Of a stretch of 64,000 bases of DNA, positions 10,052-20,046 are shown piece after piece. Within the stretch, counting starts at the first letter, position 1, and each line of letters opens with the position of its first letter. The translations under genes were made by a program, and so were the position numbers. The DNA is from Pseudomonadota bacterium (GTDB lineage Bacteria; Pseudomonadota; Alphaproteobacteria; Rhodobacterales; Rhodobacteraceae), in the NCBI GenBank assembly GCA_038744785.1, contig JBCDLX010000022.1:3091-67090 (forward strand), written 5' to 3'. The notes under the pieces are model-generated. The model ran no database searches. It was not told the origin of the DNA and saw only the letters and a program-made list of their open reading frames with translations.

Positions 10052-11097
10052 GCCTGCCGTGCCTCCCACGCGGCCATGTCTATGACCGAGGCGCTCTCCA
10101 TCGCGTCATAGGAAGCCAGGGCGAGCGCGAGTGTCTTGAGGTTGTCGGCTCCGGAGGGTTGCGGATACGTTTTGCCGTTCAGCACGTCCACCACGTGCGC
10201 CTGGAAGTTGATGACGCTGTCCTGAACCGTGTGCCAAGGCCGCTCGCCCCAATGCGGCACGCCAGCTTCGACGTCTCGCGATTCGGCACCATCAGAGGTA
10301 TGCAGCGTCAGCTTGAAGTCGGTCGTCAATTCCACCGTCCCGGTATCCCCTTCGATACACAGGAGCGTTTCGGGAAACGGCTCGGGCCGGATCGTCGAGT
10401 GGAACGAGCAATCAACCACCGAAACGCCGCCATCGGCGTGACGCAGAAGCGAGGTGAAGGCATCTTCGCCCGCTACGATCGGATTGCGCCGCTGAGTCTC
10501 GCAGGATAGGTGCCGGACCTCGCCCATGACATGCCGCATGACATCATAGAGGTGGATGCCAACATCCATCAGCGAGAACCGCTCGATCTCGGCCAGATAG
10601 GGCTGGTTAACATAGTTGTCGTAACCGTGGCGGAAGCTAAACCGCCCAAACCGGAGAGCGCCGATCTGCCCCTGGTCGATCGCCGCCTTGGCCGCCATGA
10701 TACCTTTTTGCCAACGGAAATTCTCATGGATGAAGAAGGGAACACTGGCGTCTTCGGCGGCTTTCACCATGGCCTTCGCGTCCGCGTAGGTGTCGGCAAT
10801 TGGTTTCTGGCAAATGACGGCGACGCCCGATCCTACGACAAGCTCGACCAACGGCCGGTGCGAGGGCGGCGTGGTGGCGACATCTACAAAGTCCAGGTCC
10901 ATCTCGGACAGCATCTGGCCGACATCCGTGAAGACCCTCGGGCCATCGAAGTCGTGGGAGAAGGTTTCAGCTTTGCTTTGGTCCAAATCGCACACAGCGA
11001 CAATCTCGGCGCCAGGCACGGCCCGCCAGCCATGCATATGGTTGCGGGCGAAGAACCCGCACCCCACCAGTGCGCCTTGCTTGATCTGACCTGTCAC
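10048..11097 (-). CDS. apsD: D-apiose dehydrogenase (Gfo/Idh/MocA family)
   Basis: VGCGFFARNHMHGW, CQKP, HENFRWQ, DVGIHLYD; context with apnL and apnO. Confidence 0.8.
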   Translation of the reverse strand: MTGQIKQGALVGCGFFARNHMHGWRAVPGAEIVAVCDLDQSKAETFSHDFDGPRVFTDVGQMLSEMDLDFVDVATTPPSHRPLVELVVGSGVAVICQKPIADTYADAKAMVKAAEDASVPFFIHENFRWQKGIMAAKAAIDQGQIGALRFGRFSFRHGYDNYVNQPYLAEIERFSLMDVGIHLYDVMRHVMGEVRHLSCETQRRNPIVAGEDAFTSLLRHADGGVSVVDCSFHSTIRPEPFPETLLCIEGDTGTVELTTDFKLTLHTSDGAESRDVEAGVPHWGERPWHTVQDSVINFQAHVVDVLNGKTYPQPSGADNLKTLALALASYDAMESASVIDMAAWEARQA

Positions 11098-12938
11098 CGA
11101 TCCCCTCCCCTGAAGATAAAGACCACCGAGGCGGGCGCCAGCAGCACATCGTCAAGTGCCACAGCATTTGCACGGTCGAGCCAATCGGGAGCGGACACGG
11201 CGGTCGCACCGTCCATGACCACGCCATGCTGCGCGGGAAAGTCGAGCCTCTTTGGTTCCACACTGCAATTCGCGATCACAGCCTCGACCTTGCCTGCACT
11301 TTCAGCTCCGACACCCATCACACCGCTTGGCATATCGGGAAGCGCAGCGCTCGCTTTCCCCGCCAGCTCCGCAAGTGCACGAACCACATGGTGAATAGGC
11401 CAGGCTCGGAATGCCCCGTCTTGAACCTGCCCTGTGGCGAAAGGACCGCCTGCACTTGCCAGACCAACGCGGGCACATTTGGATGCGGCGGCCGCACTGT
11501 AAGCCCCAACGGCGAAAGTAGCTGCGAAGGTGGACTGCTGGCGGGGATCGTCCATCGCCATGGCCATCCGGGCAAGTTTCGGGTTATCCGCAACCGCAGC
11601 GCCGTATGGGTTCGAACGCATACCGATAGTGGTCAATCCAAGCCGCACTGGTCTCTCACCGGATAGTAAACGCGCGCTCTCGTGGACATGGCTCAGCGCC
11701 TCCAGGGTCTCGAAGACCGAAAGGTCATCGCCTGCATGGACGATGGCCGTTGTGGAGTATGTCGTGAAATCGCCAATCCCGGACGGCGGCGGATGCCGAT
11801 TGAACTCGGTAAAGTTTGTCAACATACCAATGCCAGTCTCTGCGTCGGGAAAGGCCGCTTTGGCCCACGCAGCCGCATCGACGATGCCATGCCCGGCGGG
11901 CCACTCGGCTGTCGGTTGGTAGCTTTTCAGGTAAGCGCGCGGCAAAGCCGTAACGCTTTCGACCGTAATGCCAGTATCTCGAAGAGCTTTCGCCAGCGTG
12001 TGAAGACGACCGGCAGCGTTCCCCTCGTCATCGATCACCACTTCCAGTTCGACCGGGCCGGCCAAGGCCGCCAACGTTTCAAACGCGTACTCGCGAGCGA
12101 CATCGAGCCTCAGAATACGGTAGGCGGTCGGCAGACACTCCAGAATTATAGGCGCCGTTTCGAAAAACCAGTCCGGTTCGAATGCAATGGCGATCTCGGG
12201 CAGTGGGCCGACTGAACGGTTTGACTCCGCACCGGGTTGCGCGCGTGTCCCAGCAACGGAAAGTGAAATCTCGATCGATTGCTCAACCGTCTCGCCCGCT
12301 TCGATTGTATAGGGAAATCCGAGCCCCAACGGGCGGCAATACGTCTTGTAGGACGCATCGGTCCAGTTCCGCTGATCCTCCATCTCGAAGACTTCACCGG
12401 TGAAGCGAATGTCAACTGCGATGCCATCGACGACGTGACGCAGACCGACAATGTCGAACGCCGGTTGGCCCGGCGAAATCGCTTCGGGAAATGTGCTGTG
12501 CCCTTCCGTCCCATCCGAATGCCGAATGATCACGTCTTTCCCCGAAACACCCTGGATCGGGTGCAACAGCGTAAAGCCGGCACGGTTGGTTTCGACACGT
12601 CGATGCGCATGAAGTCTGAGCTTGGCGGCAACTCCATTTGCGTGCAAACGGACCTCCAGATCAGCAGACAACGCGCCATCGAACGCGGCGAAGCGACGTG
12701 ACAACACGACGCCGTCACTCGTTTCATCTATCGTCTCTTCGACATCGGCAGGTGTCTCGGTGGCCCAGTTCGGATCGCGGATCGGGCAGTCTATGCCGCG
12801 CACCACCTCGACCCCACCGTATCGCAGTTGACGCATTGCGCCGTCGACGACGAGAGCCTCCAGTTCGCCGACGGAGACCCTCCGAGGGTTCCATTCGACC
12901 GAGGACGCACGATGCTGGGACAAAGACTGCAACTCCAT
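11094..12938 (-). CDS. apnL: D-apionate lactonase
   Basis: EVVRGIDCPIRDPNWAT, NRAGFTLLHP, FEMEDQRNWTDASYKTYCRPL, GMLTNFTEFNR motifs as recalled for ApnL. Confidence 0.82.
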   Translation of the reverse strand: MELQSLSQHRASSVEWNPRRVSVGELEALVVDGAMRQLRYGGVEVVRGIDCPIRDPNWATETPADVEETIDETSDGVVLSRRFAAFDGALSADLEVRLHANGVAAKLRLHAHRRVETNRAGFTLLHPIQGVSGKDVIIRHSDGTEGHSTFPEAISPGQPAFDIVGLRHVVDGIAVDIRFTGEVFEMEDQRNWTDASYKTYCRPLGLGFPYTIEAGETVEQSIEISLSVAGTRAQPGAESNRSVGPLPEIAIAFEPDWFFETAPIILECLPTAYRILRLDVAREYAFETLAALAGPVELEVVIDDEGNAAGRLHTLAKALRDTGITVESVTALPRAYLKSYQPTAEWPAGHGIVDAAAWAKAAFPDAETGIGMLTNFTEFNRHPPPSGIGDFTTYSTTAIVHAGDDLSVFETLEALSHVHESARLLSGERPVRLGLTTIGMRSNPYGAAVADNPKLARMAMAMDDPRQQSTFAATFAVGAYSAAAASKCARVGLASAGGPFATGQVQDGAFRAWPIHHVVRALAELAGKASAALPDMPSGVMGVGAESAGKVEAVIANCSVEPKRLDFPAQHGVVMDGATAVSAPDWLDRANAVALDDVLLAPASVVFIFRGGDR

Positions 12939-12992
12939 CTCTTTACTTTGCCGTGGGGTCAGCGAGAAACGAGACGCCCTCAAGAGGCATAC

Positions 12993-13006
12993 TGATTATA
13001 CCAGTT
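12993..13006 (-). promoter_or_regulatory. Candidate GntR/FadR operator, copy 2 (AACTGGTATAATCA)
   Basis: Upstream of apnL, the first catabolic gene; contains GGTATA; matches copy 1. Confidence 0.45.
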
Positions 13007-13049
13007 ATGGCGAGTCAAGTGCGTAGTATCGGAGAAGCCGTCGATTGCC

Positions 13050-13769
13050 TCAGTCTGAAAGGTTGTCTTGGTGGTAAAGCTTGTTGGCGCGGTTTAAATG
13101 GTCGGCCATGCGCTGACCGGCGAGATCCGGGTCGCCTGCCGCGATTGCGTCGATGATCGCCCCGTGCTCGTCAAGCGTAAGCTGCTCGAACCCGGGTTTG
13201 CGCACGAGCGCGACATGGAAATTGGCCAACCAGTCAAAGAGCGCAGCGCTCAACGAAGCGAAAATGGGGTTGCCGCTGATCCGCGCAATCGCCGCGTGCA
13301 AGTCGCCATCGCATTTCAAGAACTCGCCCGAGTCCCTGCGCAAACTGGCCTGCCGCTCCACAATGGCGCGCAGGACCGCGACATCTTTCCGAGTTGCGCG
13401 GCGGGCCGCGATACGCGCCATTTCGGTCTCGAAGGTGGTGCGCGCTTCCTTTAGATGCTCCATCGACGCGGCGTTGTGCGACAGCATATGACGCATAGTT
13501 TCCGACATCTGTCCCGCCATCGCCTCGAATGAAGGCTCTGCCACGCGTGGACGTTCACCATGCTTGATCTCTGCCAGACCCTTGCGCTGGAGGTTCTGCA
13601 TCGCCTCCCGAATGGCCGGACGGCCGACCATGAAAAGCGACATCAACTCGCGCTCGGACGGAAGGGTATCACCTGGCTTTAACCGATTGTCGTGAATATG
13701 CGCAAGAATTCGCGCCTCCACTTCGTCGGCGAGCTTGCGTCGCGGGATCGGAGCAGTGGCTGTCGGCAT
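13050..13769 (-). CDS. GntR/FadR-family transcriptional regulator (NanR-like)
   Basis: LPSERELM..F.VGRPAIREA wHTH plus FCD domain (H..I..I.GN, EH..I..AI). Confidence 0.92.
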   Translation of the reverse strand: MPTATAPIPRRKLADEVEARILAHIHDNRLKPGDTLPSERELMSLFMVGRPAIREAMQNLQRKGLAEIKHGERPRVAEPSFEAMAGQMSETMRHMLSHNAASMEHLKEARTTFETEMARIAARRATRKDVAVLRAIVERQASLRRDSGEFLKCDGDLHAAIARISGNPIFASLSAALFDWLANFHVALVRKPGFEQLTLDEHGAIIDAIAAGDPDLAGQRMADHLNRANKLYHQDNLSD

Positions 13770-13954
13770 TCCTACTTATCGCAGGCCGCCAAGACCGACT
13801 CAAGCCACTGTTCACGGAATGCGAGTTACGCGCATGTCTCCTTCTCTACGGAAAGCAAATGGTTTGGAGCTCGCATGTCCAAGAAATGATCGCGTCATAG
13901 GACCATCACTTTGTTGGTGGCACGCTACCGGAACGACTGCCAAGCCTTCTGAAG

Positions 13955-14765
13955 GGTGCTGTCAGACCCATGCGAACCGGTCTCTGCTAGGACAGTGATG
14001 CTGTCCCTTATGCCACGCCAAGTTTCGTCATTCCTCGAAAGCGGCGGCACAGTTCTGCTTGAAAAGGTTTCAGGAGGAGGGGCCGCGCCCCCGGTTGAAG
14101 TGATAGGTGACAGAGTTGTGGACGGAAGCGAACATCTGGAGAATTCGGATGCGCCGAAAGCGATGCATCGCCCGATCCCGCCTTCGGAACGGGTGTTGTG
14201 AGTTCTCCGCCCTTTTGTTTAGCCGTCGACCGATCTCCGGGCGCTCGGCGACACTAGTCTCCTTGGGGGCCGCGCTGTAGGAGCGGAGTTTGTCCGTCAC
14301 AAGCACCCCCGCCCGGCCATGTTCATTCACTGCTTTCTTGAGGAATTTCGGGGCCGCTTTCTTGTCCCGTATCTCAGTCACGAAGCTCTCAAGCGCCTCG
14401 CCCTCACGGTGAACCGCCCGCCACAGGTAGCGCATCTGCCCGTTGATCTTCGCGAACATCTCATCGAAGTCCCATCTCCACTGGCTCGATCGCATGCTTT
14501 CAATCCGGCGCTTGCGTATCTCGGAGGCAGACTTCGGCTCTAAACGGTGCCACCGTTGGCGCATGGTCTCATGTCAGATGTCTATCCCGCGTTCATGCGG
14601 CGGATCTTCGACGTTTTAGAGCGAGAGTGGGAACCGGACGTATATCATCACCGCCAGGCGGATGATATCGAGGTGCGTTCTGAAGCGGCGAAATGGACTG
14701 GGCTTGTTGATCCGCAGACACGAGCCGCACCCCCTGCACCGCCCAAGCCAGTTTAGTCTGGTACC
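13955..14765 (-). mobile_element. Degenerate IS6-family insertion sequence
   Basis: Terminal GGTGCTGTCAGAC at 13955-13967 and degenerate inverse GTCTG---GTACC at 14756-14765 bracket the transposase remnant; about 810 bp. Confidence 0.75.
14008..14711 (-). pseudogene. IS6-family DDE transposase pseudogene
   Basis: PFRRFRTHLDIIRLAVMIYVRFPLSL*NVED..HERGIDI*HET...YLWRAV..EGE..TDKLRSY..RAENS; stops at 14616-18 and 14574-76, further C-terminal lesions, no intact start. Confidence 0.9.
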
Positions 14766-14844
14766 TCCGGATTGAGTCCAAAAAGCCAGCCTGTTTCACG
14801 GGTTTTCTAATCGGCCTGACGCCAGTGACGATGGTGGGGCGGGG

Positions 14845-14934
14845 TGGCGGAGAGACAGGGATTCGAACCCTGGAGACGGTTTCCCGCCTACACGCGTTCC
14901 AGGCGTGCGCCTTCGACCACTCGGCCACCTCTCC
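14845..14934 (-). tRNA. tRNA-Ser(GGA)
   Basis: GGAGAGGTGGCCGAGTGGTCGAAGGCGCACGCCTGGAACGCGTG...GGTTCGAATCCCTGTCTCTCCGCCA; GGA anticodon, long variable arm, encoded CCA. Confidence 0.97.
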
Positions 14935-15005
14935 GGCCTGGTTGTCCTATCCGCGTTCCGGGGGCCAATGCAAGACCCGCCAGCCTGACTGCTAAGCGGC
15001 GAGCA

Positions 15006-17411
15006 TCAGTCCGAGCTTTGGTCATCGGCAGCTTCGCCCCCCGGGTTTTGGGTTCGTTTGTCGCTTGTGTTTTCCGCCGCGTTCGATTGCTCGCGCAGTG
15101 CCTCGGGATTGCGCAGCCAGATGTCGCGCTGCGCGAATGGAATTTCGATGCCTTCGGCTGCAAAACGTTCCGCGATTCTGTGGTGAATTTCGGTTCGAAC
15201 CCCAACGAGTTGGTTAACGTCTGTAAGGATCGCGCGAATGCGGAAATCCAGGCTATCTGCCCCAAAGCCCATGAAGTCCACTCCGGGCGGGGGATAATAC
15301 GCCACATAGTCGACGCCTTCGACGCACTCGTGCAAAATCTGCTCCACCCGCCGTGTGTCCGTTCCATAGGCGACACCCACGTTGACCACGGCACGGCCAA
15401 TCTGCCCCCCGCGCGTCCAGTTCGTGACCGTCCCAGAAATAAAATCGCCGTTCGGCACGATCACTTGCTGCCGGTCAAAGGTCTCGATCGTCGTCGAGCG
15501 GACCGAGATGCTTTTCACGATGCCCATCTGCGGTCCCACCTCGACCCAGTCGCCCTCGCTGATGGGGCGTTCGACCAGAAGGATGATGCCGGAAATGAAG
15601 TTTTGAACGATGTTCTGAAGACCGAAGCCGATGCCAACCGAAAGCGCGCCGAAGATCACCGCCAGCGCCGTGAAATCGAAGCCACCGGTGTTGGCGGCAA
15701 GAAGGACCGACAGTCCGATCCCAGCATACCCTGCGAAGGATACGACCGAGTTCCGTGCACCCATGTCGAGCTTTGTGCGCGGTAGAACGGTGCTCTTTAG
15801 CGCCCCCTGGAACAACCGCGTAGCACCGACGCCCAGCGCGAAAACGATAATCACGCCGAAGACTGCGCCCATGGTAAGCCGGGTGCCACCGACGCTGATG
15901 CCTTCATTCAGCTGCGACCAAAGCTCAAGCAACTCTGCCGGCCGCGCGCCCCAGACCAAGGCCAGCACCGGCAGTGTGGCGAAGACCAGAAAGAAGTTGA
16001 TCAGAACCGGCAAGAGTGCGGCGCGCGCATCGTCAAGCGATGTCCGGGTCGCCCAGGCGTAGAAATCCCGGATCGGCGCTTGCAGAGCCAGCAGAAACCC
16101 CAATACCCCAAGCGACAGCGCCGTCGGCATCATCAGCGCATCGGCCAGATTGTGATAACCGATCATCGCAAGGACCGGTCCAATTGCCGCAACGAAGACG
16201 AGCGCCTTGCTTGCAAAACCGAAAAGCCGCAGACCGAAGCCGGGGCCGTCTTCGTCCACGACCTGTGCGGCGGCGGCACGGAACGTGCGGGCAAGCGCGT
16301 AGTAGCCGACCGACAGCCCGACGTAGATTGGCAACGCCAACACGGATTCAACTGTGCGATCGATTTCTTCGAACTCGGTCATAGCGCGCAACAAAGCGGC
16401 CATGCCGATCAGGACCCCCACCATAAGCCCGCGTCGCCTTGCCTGCCGCTTGTAGCGGTCATCAACATCGAAAGGCGCAGGAAAATCCGATACCGCCGGA
16501 AAGAGCCGCCCCACCAGCCAAAGGGCGCCGTAAGCCGAGAGAACGACCACCACGATACCCTGGATAAACTGATAGCCCCGGTCCCCGAACATCTGCGTTG
16601 ACAGAACCGCCGTCGCCAAAAGTGTTATGCCGATGAAGGGCACAAGCACCTGGCCGAAGGATACGACAAAGCCCAACGCGATCCGCCCGCGGCTCCGTCC
16701 CTTTTCCTGTACCCATTGGGTCAAGCGCGTCATCCAGCGGCGCCCGCGGAAAAGTAATAAGAGTGCCAGTGCAGTAAGAAACGCCACGAGGGGCGCTTCT
16801 CGGCGAAGCTCGGCCGTGCGCCACGGCAAGGACAAGGCCGTTCGAACCTCACTAACAAGCGAACGCCCGTACGTTACAAGGCCGTCCAACGCCAGATCCC
16901 AGTTTCGGGGGAAGATCGGACTGGGGCCTACCTCAAGAAGCGCCTCAGTCTGCCGTGCGCGGATCAGAGAATCGATCTCTGAGATCAGCCCGTCAGCTTC
17001 GCGGAACGATTCGGCGGCCTGCAGTCCCGGGGCCTGTGCCTCCGAAAGCTCTTGGGTAAGCACCAGCCGACGATTTGCAATGGCGTCCGGCTCTGCCTCG
17101 CCTGCGCCAGCATCGGGCGCAGGACCAAGGCCCTGAAGTTGCGCCTGGATCGTCGAAACGCGTCGCGCGTTTACGTCCTGGGCGTTCAGAAGAAACGTTC
17201 GCCAGCCGACAAGCTCTTCGCGAAGCCCCTCCAGCCGCGCTGTCGGGGTGTCCGGATTGTCGACCAACAATTCTACACCATCGGCCAGCGGTCCCCAGGC
17301 CTCGAGCCCGTACTGCACGGTTGCTTCGGCATCGCTATCAACAGGTTGCGCCAGTGCCGCCCCACCTATCGCAAGCGCGAGCAAGACAGCAAAGAGCGCG
17401 GCCAATCGCAT
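15006..17411 (-). CDS. Large MscS-family mechanosensitive channel with periplasmic DUF3772-like N-terminus
   Basis: Signal peptide, helical periplasmic region, many TMs, VGIGFGLQNIVQNFISGIILL.ERP and IVPNGDF motifs. Confidence 0.9.
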   Translation of the reverse strand: MRLAALFAVLLALAIGGAALAQPVDSDAEATVQYGLEAWGPLADGVELLVDNPDTPTARLEGLREELVGWRTFLLNAQDVNARRVSTIQAQLQGLGPAPDAGAGEAEPDAIANRRLVLTQELSEAQAPGLQAAESFREADGLISEIDSLIRARQTEALLEVGPSPIFPRNWDLALDGLVTYGRSLVSEVRTALSLPWRTAELRREAPLVAFLTALALLLLFRGRRWMTRLTQWVQEKGRSRGRIALGFVVSFGQVLVPFIGITLLATAVLSTQMFGDRGYQFIQGIVVVVLSAYGALWLVGRLFPAVSDFPAPFDVDDRYKRQARRRGLMVGVLIGMAALLRAMTEFEEIDRTVESVLALPIYVGLSVGYYALARTFRAAAAQVVDEDGPGFGLRLFGFASKALVFVAAIGPVLAMIGYHNLADALMMPTALSLGVLGFLLALQAPIRDFYAWATRTSLDDARAALLPVLINFFLVFATLPVLALVWGARPAELLELWSQLNEGISVGGTRLTMGAVFGVIIVFALGVGATRLFQGALKSTVLPRTKLDMGARNSVVSFAGYAGIGLSVLLAANTGGFDFTALAVIFGALSVGIGFGLQNIVQNFISGIILLVERPISEGDWVEVGPQMGIVKSISVRSTTIETFDRQQVIVPNGDFISGTVTNWTRGGQIGRAVVNVGVAYGTDTRRVEQILHECVEGVDYVAYYPPPGVDFMGFGADSLDFRIRAILTDVNQLVGVRTEIHHRIAERFAAEGIEIPFAQRDIWLRNPEALREQSNAAENTSDKRTQNPGGEAADDQSSD

Positions 17412-17413
17412 AA

Positions 17414-18445
17414 TCAGTTCTCGAACACGGGCGGCAGGATGCGCGTATCGGCGTCCAACCAATCCGGCACCGGCAAACCCTTTTCTTTCAGGAATGCTGG
17501 GTTGAACAATTTCGACTGATAGCGGGTTCCGAAGTCGCACAAAATCGTAACGATCGTATGGCCCGGCCCCATTTCCCGCGCCATACGCGTGGCGCCCGCA
17601 ATGTTGATGCCCGACGATCCGCCAAGGCACAGGCCTTCGTGCTGCAACAGATCAAAGACGATCGGGAGCGCCTCGCCGTCGGGGATCTTATAGCTCACAT
17701 CCGGCGTGAACCCTTTGAGGTTGGCGGTCTCGCGCCCGTTTCCAATGCCTTCAGTGATCGAACTGCCTTCCGCCGCAAACGCGCCCGTTGTGTAAAAGCT
17801 ATGAATCGCCGAGCCTTCGGGATCCGACAAGCCAATCTTCACCCCCTTGGGCTGAAGCGCCATTCCGACACCCGCTATCGTGCCCCCCGTCCCTGCCGCG
17901 CAAACAAAGCCGTCGACTCGACCCCCGGTCTGTTCCCATACCTCGGGACCTGTGCTGTCGATATGCGCCTGCCGGTTGGCCACGTTGTCAAACTGGTTGG
18001 CCCAGACCGCGCCATTGGGTTCGGATTGTGCAAGCCTTTCGGCCAAACGGCGCGAATAATGCACGTAATTGTTCGGATTTTTATACGGCACCGCCGGAAC
18101 CTGGACCAGTTCAGCCCCCGCAAGGCGCAGCATGTCCTTCTTTTCCTGGCTTTGGGTTTCGGGGATCACGATCACCGTCCGGAACCCAAGCGACGCACCC
18201 ACAAGCGCTAAGCCAATCCCTGTATTCCCCGCCGTACCCTCAACAATCGTACCGCCCGGCATAAGCGCCCCGCGCGCCACAGCGTCACGTATGATCCAAA
18301 GCGCAGCGCGGTCCTTGACCGACTGGCCGGGGTTGAGGAACTCAGCTTTTCCGAGGATCTCGCATCCGGTTGCCTCAGACGCGGCAGACAGGCGGATCAG
18401 TGGAGTGTTGCCGACGGCATCGGACAAGGAAGAACGGATGGTCAT
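17414..18445 (-). CDS. cysK: Cysteine synthase A
   Basis: GNTPL, KAEFLNPGQSVKDR PLP lysine, TAGNTG, GTGGT, GGSSG. Confidence 0.93.
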   Translation of the reverse strand: MTIRSSLSDAVGNTPLIRLSAASEATGCEILGKAEFLNPGQSVKDRAALWIIRDAVARGALMPGGTIVEGTAGNTGIGLALVGASLGFRTVIVIPETQSQEKKDMLRLAGAELVQVPAVPYKNPNNYVHYSRRLAERLAQSEPNGAVWANQFDNVANRQAHIDSTGPEVWEQTGGRVDGFVCAAGTGGTIAGVGMALQPKGVKIGLSDPEGSAIHSFYTTGAFAAEGSSITEGIGNGRETANLKGFTPDVSYKIPDGEALPIVFDLLQHEGLCLGGSSGINIAGATRMAREMGPGHTIVTILCDFGTRYQSKLFNPAFLKEKGLPVPDWLDADTRILPPVFEN

Positions 18446-18542
18446 ACGGGATTGCTCCTGAACAGTCGCGCCTGTCTACATCGAATTGCAGGGCAACGAA
18501 AACACCCCATCACCAGGCTTCGACCGAAGCGGCCCATCCGGG

Positions 18543-19260
18543 TTAAATCCCCTTTTCAACGCGTTTACGCGTTTTGCTGAACTTCATCCCGGGTTCTGTC
18601 AGCTTTTTACCCGGTCCAATCCAAGCGTAGGCCAGAAGGCACAGCTCGTTCTTTCCAGTCATAATCCGATGCTCGTGACCCGGTGTGTTAAGGATCAGCG
18701 AACCCGGCGCCAGCACTGCCCATTCATTCTCTGACCAGGCGCCTGCGATCGAGACATAGCTTTCCTCGATCTCGGCATGGCTGTGCTGGGGTTAGGTGGT
18801 GCGCGGCGCAAAAAGTACAAATCCCAAGGTCAGCCGTTCCGACACGACAGGGCCGCTCGGGCCCAAGGTTTCGCAGTAGGCGTACTTCTTGGACAGGTGC
18901 GACGGGATACGTTCGTACCCATACTCCCAAGTCAGATCATTGGATGCACATTCCAGCGCTCTGCCCATGCCGGCCATCGACGCGTTTGCCGCAAGATCAA
19001 ACACCCGCCGCAGATGGGCCACCACGGGCTTTGTCACCGGCTTGCGCGGTTGAACCACCGGATTGGCGCTGATCACGAGGGAAAGCGTCTCGCGCACCTT
19101 TTTTACGATGCGATCGTATCGCCATGTTGCCGCCGGGGGAGCCAAACGTATAGGCGTCCTTAAGCTATTTCAGAAGAAACACCCATCTGGGAAAATCGCG
19201 AAGGCGTAGCGTGTCGGTTACCGCGACGGCCTTTACGTCGCTTAACTGAACATCGTCCAT
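18543..19260 (-). pseudogene. dddL: DMSP lyase DddL pseudogene (cupin)
   Basis: Reconstructed LRL.DFPRWVFLLK*...IRSHRKK/VRETLSL...LTWEYGYE...YAYCE.LGP.GP...LGFVLFAPRTT*PQHSHAEIEESYVSIAGAWSEN...CLLAYAW...RVEKGI; TAG at 19165-67, extra base in T6 run 19099-104, TAA at 18792-94. Confidence 0.88.
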
Positions 19261-19350
19261 GCATCTCTCCGACCCATGCGAGTTGCGCCAGAAGCTTTGC
19301 CTACATATCGAGCAAATGGAGAGTCGGCCAAGTCGGAAAGAGGATTGCGT

Positions 19351-20046
19351 TTACGGAACCCGTGCGGCCGCCAGGATCGGACCGGCCCCGGGCGATTGAA
19401 CAAGCACAGCGAACTCGCCTTCGCCCTCGGCGTTCGTCCGAAGCGAATGGGTACCCTGACCGTCCCAGGTCCCGATCTGTCGCATATCGGCGACGATGTT
19501 GTGGTAGGCATAGGTGTGCCCGGCATTCTCACCACGCCGGATGTCGACCATACGTTCGGAAAGATATCGGACCAGCACAATCTCCGCTTCGCCCGGAGCG
19601 CCGGTCGCAGTAACTGAAACCACCACATCCGCGCCTTCACGCTGAACCGTAGCCGTCGCCTTCGGTACACTGCTCGAATGCTGCATCAGCAGTTTCATGA
19701 GCCGTCCCGGTTTGAAGCCGACCACATGATCCTGACCATCGACCACCATCTGCGGAGTATAGATCGTTCGGGATTGGGCGACAGCCGCATAGGCCTTCTG
19801 CCGGGCGGTGTGTTCAGGCTTCGCAAATTCATCCTTCCAACCGATGTAATCCCAATAGTCCACGTGCAATGCGAGCGGTAGCACCCCCTCTTGGCGCGAC
19901 AATTCACCAAGCAGTTGGTCGGCAGGGGGACAGGATGAACAACCTTGCGACGTAAACAATTCGACCACCACCAGACGATCGGCCAGCGCCGGGGCGCCCG
20001 TGGCTATCAGTAAAGTGGCGAATGCCGCAGCGAGGCTGATGCGCAT
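19351..20046 (-). CDS. DUF1223 secreted thioredoxin-like protein
   Basis: Signal peptide; [39 protein letters not shown]. Confidence 0.9.
   Translation of the reverse strand: MRISLAAAFATLLIATGAPALADRLVVVELFTSQGCSSCPPADQLLGELSRQEGVLPLALHVDYWDYIGWKDEFAKPEHTARQKAYAAVAQSRTIYTPQMVVDGQDHVVGFKPGRLMKLLMQHSSSVPKATATVQREGADVVVSVTATGAPGEAEIVLVRYLSERMVDIRRGENAGHTYAYHNIVADMRQIGTWDGQGTHSLRTNAEGEGEFAVLVQSPGAGPILAAARVP

Noticed and set aside
12995-13018. Sigma70 promoter TTGACT...TATAAT for apnL
   Set aside because: The spacer is only 12 nt; TATAAT is better explained as part of the candidate operator.
14593-15785. ORFs 14593-14928, 14844-15785 and 14888-15400
   Set aside because: They overlap the tRNA or lie antisense to the MscS gene; shadow frames.
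18543-19260. dddQ or a generic cupin
   Set aside because: WEYGYE, YAYCE.LGP, AGAWSEN and the terminal EKGI match recalled DddL, not DddQ.
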